DNA of 64,000 nt from Tepidisphaera sp. (GCA_050916045.1 CP051526.1:1-64000), one strand, 5' to 3'; positions 19,212-28,981 are shown, counted from the stretch's first letter. A program made the numbers and translations. The notes: a model not told the origin generated them from the letters alone.

Positions 19212-19487
19212 TCAGACAATTCCCAGGGAGAACACGAGGAACGCGACACAGACGACCCCGGCGGTGATCATGACCCAGACCGGCACCCCGCGGGCTGCTT
19301 CCGTGTCGGGGTCGCCGTCGGCCCGTTGGGCCCGGCCGCACTTGTGGCACCAGTCGGCTTCGTCGTAGATGTCGGCACCGCACCCGCGGCAGGGCACCGT
19401 GTCGCTCCCGAACCGCGCGATGTCCTCCGGGCTCGGATCCTCATCCGGTCTCAAAGGGGGCCCTTTTCTCGGTGTGCAGCAACCCAT
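19212..19487 (-). CDS. Small zinc-ribbon membrane protein
   Basis: CRGCG...CHKCG followed by one C-terminal TM helix; TACAAT just upstream of ATG. Confidence 0.7.
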   Translation of the reverse strand: MGCCTPRKGPPLRPDEDPSPEDIARFGSDTVPCRGCGADIYDEADWCHKCGRAQRADGDPDTEAARGVPVWVMITAGVVCVAFLVFSLGIV

Positions 19488-19525
19488 GGAGCGATTGTAC
19501 CACCTGGAGCCGGATTCCCGAAGCG

Positions 19526-20329
19526 TCATTCGCCTTTGATCTTTTTCATCAGGGCCCCCTGCTGCTCCTCCGTCAGGTAGGCCATGATGCCCAGCAGGAC
19601 CTTGATCTTCTCGGATTCCGGAGCATCCTCCGCCAGCGACTCCATCTTCGAGAAGACGATGCCGTTGATCGTCTCGCGCTGCCTCGGGGAGAGCTTCAGA
19701 CCGTCGAGCAGATAGGCGACGACGAACTCGCCCGACCGCTCGGCGCGCTGGAAAGCCTCCTCGAACTCCTTGCCGAAGATCTTGAGGGTCTCTTCGAGGC
19801 GGGCGCCATAGACCTCGCCCTGGGTGAGCTGCGACCGAAGCTTGCCCGTCTTCTCCATCGCGACCATCGCCCAGTATTCGTTCATCTCACGGTCGAAAGC
19901 GGGTCTTGCATGCTCAGGAAGGGCCTCGCGGACCAGACCGGTGAAGTCGCCGCGGATCCCGGTGGCTTCGAACTTTCCAAGCGCAACGAAGATCAAGCCG
20001 GCCGTTTCAAACTGGTTTCCAGCAGCGCCGGCGACATTGAGCCTGTTGAGCAGGTCGATGTGGTCGAGGATGAACCTCTTGATCACCCGCCCGCGTTGCA
20101 CAAAGAGCTTCTCGACCGCGGCGCGAGCTTCCGGCGCAAGATCGAGCGCCTTCACCGCACGCTCCTCTGGCCGAAGGGTCTCGCGACGGAACTCTCCCGC
20201 GAGGCTGAAAGAGCCCTTCCGCGTCTCGACCTTGGGGCCGGAGAGGGGCGACTCGGGCTGAACGACAATCCCGGCCATTCCCGCCAACCCAGCCAACACC
20301 ACGGCGGTTCCGACGATCATTGGAGCCAT
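19526..20329 (-). CDS. Secreted helical hypothetical protein (family member 3)
   Basis: GGAGG RBS, N-terminal hydrophobic segment, LSGPKV, LSPRQ and LTEEQ motifs; paralog of 14860. Confidence 0.78.
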   Translation of the reverse strand: MAPMIVGTAVVLAGLAGMAGIVVQPESPLSGPKVETRKGSFSLAGEFRRETLRPEERAVKALDLAPEARAAVEKLFVQRGRVIKRFILDHIDLLNRLNVAGAAGNQFETAGLIFVALGKFEATGIRGDFTGLVREALPEHARPAFDREMNEYWAMVAMEKTGKLRSQLTQGEVYGARLEETLKIFGKEFEEAFQRAERSGEFVVAYLLDGLKLSPRQRETINGIVFSKMESLAEDAPESEKIKVLLGIMAYLTEEQQGALMKKIKGE

Positions 20330-20463
20330 CGCAAAGCCTCCTGATTCCGTGCCAACTCCGCTCCACACACCGTTGTTCGACAATGGCGCGATCGACTTTC
20401 ATGATAATCGACCCTGAAGGGAAACGGCACGAACACCGTGCGAACAGACCCGGTTCGGCATCC

Positions 20464-22005
20464 TCAGACGACATTCGCCGGCTTGGGGAGGTCCGCGGTG
20501 ATTCGCTCGCGCGTCGGTTTGCTCCCAACCTCCGCGAGCGAGAAGAGCATCATGTCCTCATTCAGCACGGTTTGCAGGTGCACCGGCCGGCCCCACAGGA
20601 ACCGCAGGTGCGCCAGCACCTCCACCGCTTTGGCGACCTCAACCTCAAGCCCGCTGAACCGGTGCGCGAGATAAAGCTCGCCCCGGTTGCGGTAGTTCCC
20701 GTCCACGACGTACAGGAAGGGCTGCCCCATGTTCGTGAGGTAGTGCAGGAGCGTCTGCTTGACCCGTTTGAAATCGCGGCTGACGACCTTGATCTCGCCC
20801 GTCTCCGGGTCGCGCTTCTGCTCGAACATCCGGTGCTTCTCGCAGAACTCCTCCGTGAGGAACTCGTCGATGAAGTTGACGTCGTTGTAGACGCTCCGCA
20901 CCTCGAAGATCTTCTGGCGGCCCTTCATGCTCTTGTCGTCATGCGCCGCCCGCGCCCCGATCGTGTCAAGGCGCTCCCATGCCGCGCCGTGCTGGCCCGT
21001 GTCCCAGCGGCGCTCGATGTCCTTGAAAAGCTCAACGCCGATCTTGTAAGGGTTGAACCCACCCGCCGGCATGTGCACCACGCCCGAGTGCTGGTCCGCG
21101 TAGTGCACGATCTCGCTGTCTTCGACGAAGTGGTTTGTCATGAGCTTGCTGTGCCAGTACGTCGCCCAGCCCTCGTTCATCACCTTCGTCATCGCCTGCG
21201 GCGCGAAGTAGTACGCTTCATCGCGGATGATGCCCAGGATGTCCTGTTGCCATTCCTCGAGCGGCGCGTGCCTGAGCAGGAACAGAAGCACATCGCGGAC
21301 CGGCTCGGAGGGAAACTTCCCCTTCTCCTGCCGCATCCGCTCTTCGTGCTCCTTCCGCTGGCGCTCGATCTCCTGCTGCGGGTTGATGAAGGGGTCCATG
21401 TAGTCCTTGGCCGGCAGCTTGCGCGGCTCGAACACCCCCCTGCTCTCGCCGCGGCTCTCTGATCCGTGCCCGCGACCCTGGGCTTTGTACACCGAGTGAG
21501 GGTCGATGAGATGCTCGACGCTGAGGCAAGCGTCGATGAACCGCTCGACCGCGTCGATCCCGACATGCTCGATGTGCCGCCGCACGCGCGTCGCGTGGTT
21601 GGCCATCTCATCCATCATCTTGCGGTTGGTCTTCCCGAACCACGCGTTGTTCTTGAAGAAGTCCGCGTGGCCATAGACGTGCGCCATCACAAGCTTCTGG
21701 TCTGTGACGCTGTTGCTCTCCTGCAGGTACGCGTACACCGGATCGTTGTTGATCACCATCTCGTAGATGCGGCCCAGGCCGTACGCGTCGCGTTTGCGGA
21801 GCTTCTCGTACTCCATACCCCACTTCCAATGCGGATACCGAAGCGGGAACCCGCCGTACGACGCGATCTGGTTCATCGTGTCGAAATCAAGCACCTCGAA
21901 GACGACCTCGTAGAAATCGAGCCCATACTCGACCGCTTTCGCTTTGATCCGCTTCATGTGCTCCAGAAGCTCGGGCGACAGGTCGGTATTGGGCGTCGAG
22001 GGCAT
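20464..22005 (-). CDS. SpoVR family protein
   Basis: YGGFPLRYPHW, IYEMVINNDP, VMAHVYGHADFF, TKVMNEGWATYWH, FNPYKIG. Confidence 0.95.
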   Translation of the reverse strand: MPSTPNTDLSPELLEHMKRIKAKAVEYGLDFYEVVFEVLDFDTMNQIASYGGFPLRYPHWKWGMEYEKLRKRDAYGLGRIYEMVINNDPVYAYLQESNSVTDQKLVMAHVYGHADFFKNNAWFGKTNRKMMDEMANHATRVRRHIEHVGIDAVERFIDACLSVEHLIDPHSVYKAQGRGHGSESRGESRGVFEPRKLPAKDYMDPFINPQQEIERQRKEHEERMRQEKGKFPSEPVRDVLLFLLRHAPLEEWQQDILGIIRDEAYYFAPQAMTKVMNEGWATYWHSKLMTNHFVEDSEIVHYADQHSGVVHMPAGGFNPYKIGVELFKDIERRWDTGQHGAAWERLDTIGARAAHDDKSMKGRQKIFEVRSVYNDVNFIDEFLTEEFCEKHRMFEQKRDPETGEIKVVSRDFKRVKQTLLHYLTNMGQPFLYVVDGNYRNRGELYLAHRFSGLEVEVAKAVEVLAHLRFLWGRPVHLQTVLNEDMMLFSLAEVGSKPTRERITADLPKPANVV

Positions 22006-22180
22006 GCCTCAATTATCGGCTCCCGCCCGCCCGGACCCCCAACCCAAAGCCCGCCCCGACCCGGGTTTCCCCCCGGTCGGCCCAAGCCCGCAACCTGGCC
22101 CGATAAGCGATGCGGCGAACACCCCATGTCGCCTTGGGATTTCACAATCTCGCGGGTAGACTGTCGGCCCGGAGGATCCC

Positions 22181-23563
22181 ATGTTCAACCTGTCCACGCT
22201 CACCCGCGCGACCCTTGTCGCTTCCGCTCTTTGCTGCATCGCCCCTGCCATCCAAGCAGACATCACCGGCCGCCAGATCACGCTCCCGCGGTGGGGCCTC
22301 ACGTCCAACGGCCAACTTGGGTTGGGCGATGCTCGTGTTGAACGGTTCGAGGACGCGAACCTCGAGCCCGGTCTTCAGATCGCCGTGCGGACCGGCAACG
22401 GCTCGTACGGCCCGACCTCGACGCTCCCTTCGGTCTACAACACCAGCGTCGACGCGTTCGGCACGGCTTTCCTCAACCTCCAGTGGGACGGCGCCGCCGC
22501 TTTGATCAATACCGCCACCAACCAGACCCGCTTCTACAACGACGGGAACAACTGGGGCGACATCGAGCTCATCTTCAACCCGCCCGTCAAGCTCGTCGCG
22601 TTCAGCATCGCGCAGCGCGAAGCATCCACCATCGTGTCCATCAACGGCACGGTTCGCGGCGATTTGTTCAACCTCACCGGCATCAACACCTCGAGCGGGC
22701 GCGGCGGCTACGCCATCTTTGAAGCGACCGGCTCCGACACGATCTCAAGCATCGTGCTCGACAACCGGGGCGGCGACGGCTTTGTCATCGACGCCGTCGC
22801 CTACACCCCCTCGCCCCGCCCGGCCGTCACCTCCGACGGTGTGAGCGCGTCATTATGGGGTGCGAGCAACGCAGAAATCGGCATGGCGGGCGCGGTCATC
22901 GAGAACTTCGAGGATAACGAGCTGATCCCGAGGCTTCAGGTGGAGTGGAACGCCCCCGCGGGCACGGTCGGCCCCACCGGCACGCTCCCCGCGCTGTTTG
23001 ATCCGGTCGCTCAGGACCCCTTCGGCAACGCGTTCGACAACGGCGTGTGGGACGGCCAGCGGGGCCTGATCTCCGGCCGCGGCAACCAGTCGTACGGCTA
23101 CCAGGACGGCACGAACTGGGGCGATGTCGTCCTTCGTTTCGACCCCCCAGCGATCGCGATAGGCATGAGCGTTCAGCAACTGGACAATCAAGCCCGCATC
23201 ATCGTCAATGACCGCGACATCGGCGCCTTCACCGAAGTGACTGGCTTGCCCGTCAACGCAAGTCGCTCGGGATACATGCTCCTGACCTCGACCGATCCCG
23301 CGAACATCTCTTCGGTGCGGTTCGCGAACTTCCGGACCGCGACGGCGGGCGATGGCATCATGATCGACCACCTGGGCATCCGCGGCTGCGGCGGCGACTT
23401 CAATGCCGATGGATTCCTCGATTTCTTCGACTACGACGCGTTCGTCAGCTGCTTCGAAGGCTCTGAATGCCCGCCCGGACAGACCGCGGACTTCAACGGC
23501 GATGGCTTCGCGGACTTCTTCGACTACGACGACTACGTCTCGGCGTTCGAGTCCGGTTGTTGA
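22181..23563 (+). CDS. Secreted protein with duplicated domain and GC-type dockerin-like C-terminus
   Basis: GGAGG RBS, signal peptide, two DFNxDGFxDFFDY repeats, ends FESGC. Confidence 0.85.
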   Translation: MFNLSTLTRATLVASALCCIAPAIQADITGRQITLPRWGLTSNGQLGLGDARVERFEDANLEPGLQIAVRTGNGSYGPTSTLPSVYNTSVDAFGTAFLNLQWDGAAALINTATNQTRFYNDGNNWGDIELIFNPPVKLVAFSIAQREASTIVSINGTVRGDLFNLTGINTSSGRGGYAIFEATGSDTISSIVLDNRGGDGFVIDAVAYTPSPRPAVTSDGVSASLWGASNAEIGMAGAVIENFEDNELIPRLQVEWNAPAGTVGPTGTLPALFDPVAQDPFGNAFDNGVWDGQRGLISGRGNQSYGYQDGTNWGDVVLRFDPPAIAIGMSVQQLDNQARIIVNDRDIGAFTEVTGLPVNASRSGYMLLTSTDPANISSVRFANFRTATAGDGIMIDHLGIRGCGGDFNADGFLDFFDYDAFVSCFEGSECPPGQTADFNGDGFADFFDYDDYVSAFESGC

Positions 23564-23811
23564 GGACTCGTCGGCTTCAACGATCGTGTCTTGAGACGAA
23601 AGCCCAAGCAGGCTCTTGCGTGTCGCCGCGCCGCCAATCTTCACGATTCTCGCTCCCTCAGGTATCTCGGAGGCCACATCGGGCTCCTCTTGGTTGAAGC
23701 GGCCGCCTGCCCGCGGCAACGATCGAATCGCCGAAAGCACCGCACATCAGTGTTCGTGCTTCCGCCTTCGGGCATGATCCGCGATTCCTCTCACTCTCTC
23801 AAAGGAAGACC

Positions 23812-24987
23812 ATGCTCCGATCCTCGACGATGGCTTTCGCAACGCTCGTGTGCGTCTCGGTGACGAGCGCCGATGTTCCAACCTACCGCGTGGAGTATCT
23901 CGGCGCGGGCTGGACCGCTACCGCGATCAACCAATCAGGCGATGTCTGCGGCAGCGTCTCGCCCGACGGCACGTCTCTGCTCGCGGGCGTCTCGCGGAAC
24001 GGGCAACCCTTTGAGTTCCTGCCCCTCCCCGCAGGCATGCGGACGTCGCGAGCGTTCGACATCAACGATGCCGGCGTCATCGTCGGAGCGGTCTGCCCAA
24101 ACCAGTTCGTCATCTCACAGCCGACGGCCGCGGTGTGGCGGCCCGTCGCGGGCGGCTACGAGGTCGAGGTGTTGAGCTCGCTCCCCGGCGACCCTTACAG
24201 CTCGGCCTACGCGATCAACAACCTCGGCGACATCGTGGGCGGCTCGGGATTCTTCGGCTGGAACCTCTCTGCCGGCGTGAGGTTCACCGCGTCGGGAGTG
24301 ATCCGGCTTCCCGATGACTTCCTCGGCGGCGAGATCAACGACCAGCGGGTGGTCATGTCCGGCTCACGTTTGCTCGACCTGGATACGAACCAGATCACCG
24401 AGATCCCTCTGCCACCCGGTATCTGGCAAGGCTTCCAGAGCGCCGACCTCAACAACAACAACGAGTTTTGCGGCTACATCGCCGGCAACTCCGGCTGCAG
24501 CACGTTCCCGATCCGGCACCGCAACGGCGCGGGCTGGGAGTTTCTCGGCGGCTGCGGCACCACGACCAGCGCGACCTCGATCAACGATCGTGGAGATGCG
24601 CTCACGTTCTACTCGTTTGCGGCTTCGGGCGTGCAGTTCGTCGATGAGGGCTACTTCATGCTCGGAAGCCTGATCGACCCGTCGCAGGGCGTGTGGAACG
24701 TGCAGCCCGGCGGCGCCAACGGGATCAACAACGCCCGCCAGATCATCGCCGCGGCTCGCGAGGGCGCTGCGGGCCCGATCGGCGCGATCCGCCTCACACC
24801 CATCGTCACGTGCCCGCCCGACTTCAATAGCGACGGCTTCGTGGACTTCTTCGACTACGACGCGTTCGTCGGCTGCTTCGAGTCCGGCGACTGCCCCGCG
24901 GGCCGGACCGCGGACTTCAACACCGACGACTTCGTGGACTTCTTCGACTACGACGCGTTCGTCGGAGCGTTTGAAGCGGGCTGCTGA
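23812..24987 (+). CDS. Secreted HAF-like repeat beta-propeller protein with GC-type dockerin-like C-terminus
   Basis: Repeated A(F/Y)(D/A)IN(D/N)xGxIVG units; DFNSDGFVDFFDY twice; ends FEAGC. Confidence 0.85.
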   Translation: MLRSSTMAFATLVCVSVTSADVPTYRVEYLGAGWTATAINQSGDVCGSVSPDGTSLLAGVSRNGQPFEFLPLPAGMRTSRAFDINDAGVIVGAVCPNQFVISQPTAAVWRPVAGGYEVEVLSSLPGDPYSSAYAINNLGDIVGGSGFFGWNLSAGVRFTASGVIRLPDDFLGGEINDQRVVMSGSRLLDLDTNQITEIPLPPGIWQGFQSADLNNNNEFCGYIAGNSGCSTFPIRHRNGAGWEFLGGCGTTTSATSINDRGDALTFYSFAASGVQFVDEGYFMLGSLIDPSQGVWNVQPGGANGINNARQIIAAAREGAAGPIGAIRLTPIVTCPPDFNSDGFVDFFDYDAFVGCFESGDCPAGRTADFNTDDFVDFFDYDAFVGAFEAGC

Positions 24988-25067
24988 CGTGTTGGGCGAC
25001 ACAAGGCAGGGTGCGAGGATGTGTATCAAGAATGGAACCGCGCCACGGGTAGCGCGCCCCGCAGACT

Positions 25068-25982
25068 TCACTTTCGTGGCTCGCCGACGATCTTCCGTTT
25101 GATTGGGAAGTAGATGCTGCTCAGCGTCAGGGGGGTTCGCTCGACAATCGAGTTGTAATCCGCGAAAAGCATGACGACCTCAGGTGCGGCTTCGGTCTTG
25201 GACAGATCTCGGCCGGAGATAGAGGCTTCGAAGAGCGCCATTTCCTTGCCGGACTGAGAGAATCTCAGCGCACACGCGAGCAGAGTACGTGCTGCATCAA
25301 ATCCCAGGATGATCGGCACGAGCTTCGCCATGGCGGTGCTCATTTCGGTTGACTGTGTGACGAGCGACAAGTAGAGCACGAACACCAGTCCGATCATCGA
25401 AACACCGAGAATCATCCAGCAGAGCCTAGCGTGTTTGTGGTAGGTGAACTTCGCCCTCTGCGCACGGCTTTGGAGCCGTTGCGCCAGCAGGCCCATACCA
25501 CGCTCGGGAAGCCTTTCAACCGAGATCTGCTTGAGGATCTCCCCTACCGACGGGATGGTCTCGAACGGCTCGAGCATGTTGACGATCTCGCGTTCGGGAA
25601 CCTTGACACCCGCCGACGAAGCGAGCAACTCAACCCGCCGGACCCGATCGGCGACCTCTTTGCACTCTCGCGAGCGGTTCATGAAAGCCCAGCGAACGAA
25701 CGAAAGAAGTGCAGCGGACACCGCGATCGCCAGCTGAGTTCCCGGCAACAATCGCCAACTGGAGAAGTGATCGACAAGCACCGGAACGATCGCAAGCACG
25801 ATCGTCGTGAGGTCACACACCCACGCACATTTCTGCCAAGTCATACCACGCTCAAACTCATTTCTGATCAACTCCTTCAGTGCAACCCCCGGTTGCGCCG
25901 GCGAGACTTCGCCCTTGGGCAGAGACTTGTGCTCAATAATCCGCTCTGCACCAACAAGGGTCTGATCATTCTCTTTGGTCAT
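25068..25982 (-). CDS. Four-TM membrane protein, S-4TM (SMODS-associated effector)-like
   Basis: Two TM hairpins separated by a soluble region, C-terminal DY....ERTP.....IY; visibly lower GC and atypical codon use. Confidence 0.5.
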   Translation of the reverse strand: MTKENDQTLVGAERIIEHKSLPKGEVSPAQPGVALKELIRNEFERGMTWQKCAWVCDLTTIVLAIVPVLVDHFSSWRLLPGTQLAIAVSAALLSFVRWAFMNRSRECKEVADRVRRVELLASSAGVKVPEREIVNMLEPFETIPSVGEILKQISVERLPERGMGLLAQRLQSRAQRAKFTYHKHARLCWMILGVSMIGLVFVLYLSLVTQSTEMSTAMAKLVPIILGFDAARTLLACALRFSQSGKEMALFEASISGRDLSKTEAAPEVVMLFADYNSIVERTPLTLSSIYFPIKRKIVGEPRK

Positions 25983-26207
25983 GTCTCACCGGTGTTTCTT
26001 GGGCAATCACACGACTTCGCCGCGGCGACAGGCATCGTCCGGCTCGACACAGCAGTCTACAGCATCCACATCATCGAATAAAGATCGGCACAGATTCGTG
26101 CACCCGAGAGAGGCACCTACGAAGCGGACTTTCGCGAAAGGAGAGCACGACTCGTGGCAAGCACCAGCTTCTTCGGTCGCGATCAAGAGAGACGGGCTGG
26201 TTGACAG

Positions 26208-26624
26208 TCAAGCCTTTCGCCCAAGATTCGTCTCCCCAGCCGAGAGGATCCGGACCGACCGAATCTTCGCATCCGCGGCGCGGAGCTGAGCCAACCCGCC
26301 CCCGCGAAGCCAGCGGTCCACCTGGAACCGAGCCGCCGGAGATTTCACGGTGAGGGTCAATACCCCCCCACCGCCACCACCACCGCTCCCCCCGCCGCTG
26401 TCCGCTTTGCCGGGCTTGGCTTGCGGCCGCGCCGTGGCGAGTTTCGCGATCGCCGGCGGAGCGACGCGAGACCACGCGTCGAGAGCCTGTTCTGCGCCGC
26501 GGGCGAGTGCCCGGATTTCGGCCATCTGCTTGCGAATGAGCTCAGCGACAGTCCCCGCGCTGGGCGGAAGCGAACGGCTTCCCCTCAGCGTCGCAAGCCT
26601 GGATTCGCTGGTTCGTTGCCGCAT
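26208..26624 (-). CDS. DciA/DUF721-like protein
   Basis: AW..VAPP.IA..AT...GVLTLTVKSPAARFQV pattern typical of DUF721; origin-proximal location. Confidence 0.65.
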   Translation of the reverse strand: MRQRTSESRLATLRGSRSLPPSAGTVAELIRKQMAEIRALARGAEQALDAWSRVAPPAIAKLATARPQAKPGKADSGGGSGGGGGGGVLTLTVKSPAARFQVDRWLRGGGLAQLRAADAKIRSVRILSAGETNLGRKA

Positions 26625-26720
26625 CGCCGCTCCCCAGCCCTCCCCCACCGCTTCCGTCTTTACTCGATGGCCATGCGGGCCGGCGCCATACGCGCGTTCG
26701 GCCAAGTATGATCGCCACCT

Positions 26721-27827
26721 ATGGGCACGCCCGTCACACTCGATCGCCTGACCAAAACATACCCCGCCGCGCGCGGCCAAGCACCGCTTCGCGTTGTCGA
26801 TGAAGTCTCGCTAGAGATCGCAGGCGGCGAGATGTTCTTCCTGCTGGGCCCTTCAGGCTGCGGCAAGACCACCCTGCTCAGGATGATCGCAGGATTCATC
26901 GAACCAGACAATGGTCGTATTTTGTTTGGATCCCGAGAGGTAACTTTCGTACCCGCACAAAACAGGAACACGGGGATGGTGTTCCAGTCGTACGCAACTT
27001 GGCCGCACATGACGGTGCGGTCGAACGTCTCCTTCGGGCTCGAGACTCGGAAGATGCCGGCCGCACAGGCCGCGGCGCGGGTCAACGAGGCGCTTCAGAT
27101 GGTTCAGATGGAACACCTCGGCGACCGCAAGCCGACGCAGCTTTCGGGCGGTCAGCAGCAGCGGGTGGCGCTCGCTCGGGCGATCGCGGTTCGGCCGGAC
27201 GTGCTCTTGCTGGATGAACCCCTCTCGAACCTGGATGCGAAGCTGCGGGTTGAGCTGCGGACCGAGATCCGCCGGGCGTGCAAAGCGGAGGGGATCACGG
27301 GCATCTATGTGACCCATGATCAGCGCGAAGCGATGAGCATCGGCGACCGCATCGCTCTCATGAAAGCGGGAAAGATCGAGCAGATTGGCTCCCCCACCGA
27401 TCTGTATCTCCGGCCCACGTCCGTCTTCGCGGCGGACTTCATGGGTGAGACCAATTTGTTCCACGGGGAACTTCGCGTGGTGCAGAACGGCCGGTGCGAA
27501 GTGCAGACTCCGGTGGGTGTGCTCAACGGGGCCGGGAGTGCGGCGGTGGGGTCCAAGGTTGCCGTCAGCATTCGACCCGAGGCAATTCGATTCGTCGGGC
27601 AGGCTGATCGCGGAGGTGGTGGGGGGCGGAATGTCGTGCAGGAAGTCGCTCTCGCGGAGCCGCTTTCGTTCCTGGGTGAGGTGTGGCACTTGTCGTTCAA
27701 GAAGGGTGACACGCTCATTCGGATGACCGGGCTCGGCGCGCCGCCGGCCGAATTGCTCAGCGCTCCGGCGGGCTTTAAGACGTCGCTCGAGTTCGATCAC
27801 GATGCCACGCGCGTGCTCGCGGAATGA
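26721..27827 (+). CDS. ABC transporter ATP-binding protein (PotA/FbpC-like)
   Basis: GPSGCGKT, LSGGQQQRVALAR, LLLDEPLSNLD, YVTHDQ; C-terminal TOBE-like region. Confidence 0.95.
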   Translation: MGTPVTLDRLTKTYPAARGQAPLRVVDEVSLEIAGGEMFFLLGPSGCGKTTLLRMIAGFIEPDNGRILFGSREVTFVPAQNRNTGMVFQSYATWPHMTVRSNVSFGLETRKMPAAQAAARVNEALQMVQMEHLGDRKPTQLSGGQQQRVALARAIAVRPDVLLLDEPLSNLDAKLRVELRTEIRRACKAEGITGIYVTHDQREAMSIGDRIALMKAGKIEQIGSPTDLYLRPTSVFAADFMGETNLFHGELRVVQNGRCEVQTPVGVLNGAGSAAVGSKVAVSIRPEAIRFVGQADRGGGGGRNVVQEVALAEPLSFLGEVWHLSFKKGDTLIRMTGLGAPPAELLSAPAGFKTSLEFDHDATRVLAE

Positions 27828-27851
27828 GAACATCGTCAGGATGTGCTAGAG

Positions 27852-27867
27852 TGTTCCACGGGGAACA
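27852..27867. promoter_or_regulatory. parS site 1
   Basis: TGTTCCACGGGGAACA, near match to the parS consensus TGTTNCACGTGAAACA, immediately upstream of parB. Confidence 0.85.
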
Positions 27868-27882
27868 CACAGGAGCGCATTC

Positions 27883-28935
27883 ATGTCGACGAATGTTCCA
27901 CGAGGAACAAATTCGGAACCTAAACCACAGGCAGGGAGCAAGCGGCTCGGTCGCGGCCTTGCCCAATTGCTCGCTGGACCGCTCGCGGCGCCGGAGCCTC
28001 CCACTCTCGAGCAGCCGCGCACGTCGGTCGCGGTTGCCGCGGCACCGTCCGCAGCAACGCCGATCTCCCCCGCTTCCTCCGCCGCAAGCGCGGTCGAGAT
28101 GAGCGTCGCGATGGCGGCGGGGGCCCCGGGCTTGACCGAGCTCTCGGTCTCCAAGATCTCACCGGGCAAGTACCAGCCGCGCAAGCAGTTCGATGAGGCT
28201 TCACTCGTCGGCTTGGCGGAGTCAATAGGCCATTCGGGTGTTATGCAGCCGATTGTGGTCAGGCCGGTCGGCCCGGATGCCTTCGAGATCGTGGCGGGTG
28301 AGCGGCGGTGGCGGGCGGCGGCGTCGGCGGGGCTCAAGACGATTCCAGCGATTGTTCGTAAGTTATCGGACCTTGAATCGGCCGAGTGGTCGGTGACGGA
28401 GAATCTCCAGCGCGAGGATCTGAATGCGATGGAGAAGGGGTGGTCGCTTCGGTCGCTTCTCCAGACGTTTGCGCTGACGCAGGACCAGGTTGCCAAACGG
28501 CTTGGCATCGATCGATCGAGCGTCGCGAACCTCATCCGTCTGACCGAGCTTGAGCCGGAGATCGCTGAACTCATCGTCTCAGGCAAGCTGACGGCTGGGC
28601 ATGGGAAAGCCCTCCTCATGATGAAGCCGGGGGATGAACGTGCGCGCGTGGCGCGGCAAGCGGCGGAGGAACAATGGTCCGTGCGACGGACGGAAGTCGC
28701 GGCCAAGCGGCTTGGCACCCAGTCGACCCTTGATCGCGAGAAGCCGGCGAAGTCGGAAGAGCATCTCGCGGTGCTCGCGGATCTTGAGCGGCAGCTTGGT
28801 CAGTACTTGGGAACAAAGGTGATCGTCAAGAGCAGTGGGGGAGGCGCGAAGACGCGCGGATCGCTCCAAATCGAGTACTACGGCCTTGATCACTTTGACG
28901 GACTGCTTCGGAAAATGGGTTTCGATCGCGGGTAA
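27883..28935 (+). CDS. parB: Chromosome partitioning protein ParB/Spo0J
   Basis: AGGAG RBS, LGRGLAQLL, YQPRKQF, VAGERRWRAA, ENLQREDLN, HTH TQDQVAKRLGIDRSSVAN. Confidence 0.97.
   Translation: MSTNVPRGTNSEPKPQAGSKRLGRGLAQLLAGPLAAPEPPTLEQPRTSVAVAAAPSAATPISPASSAASAVEMSVAMAAGAPGLTELSVSKISPGKYQPRKQFDEASLVGLAESIGHSGVMQPIVVRPVGPDAFEIVAGERRWRAAASAGLKTIPAIVRKLSDLESAEWSVTENLQREDLNAMEKGWSLRSLLQTFALTQDQVAKRLGIDRSSVANLIRLTELEPEIAELIVSGKLTAGHGKALLMMKPGDERARVARQAAEEQWSVRRTEVAAKRLGTQSTLDREKPAKSEEHLAVLADLERQLGQYLGTKVIVKSSGGGAKTRGSLQIEYYGLDHFDGLLRKMGFDRG
27894..27909. promoter_or_regulatory. parS site 2 (within the 5' end of parB)
   Basis: TGTTCCACGAGGAACA. Confidence 0.85.
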
Positions 28936-28981
28936 ACGGTTCCGGGGCAGTCATTGATTCCTCTGTTGCAACGAGTATCAT

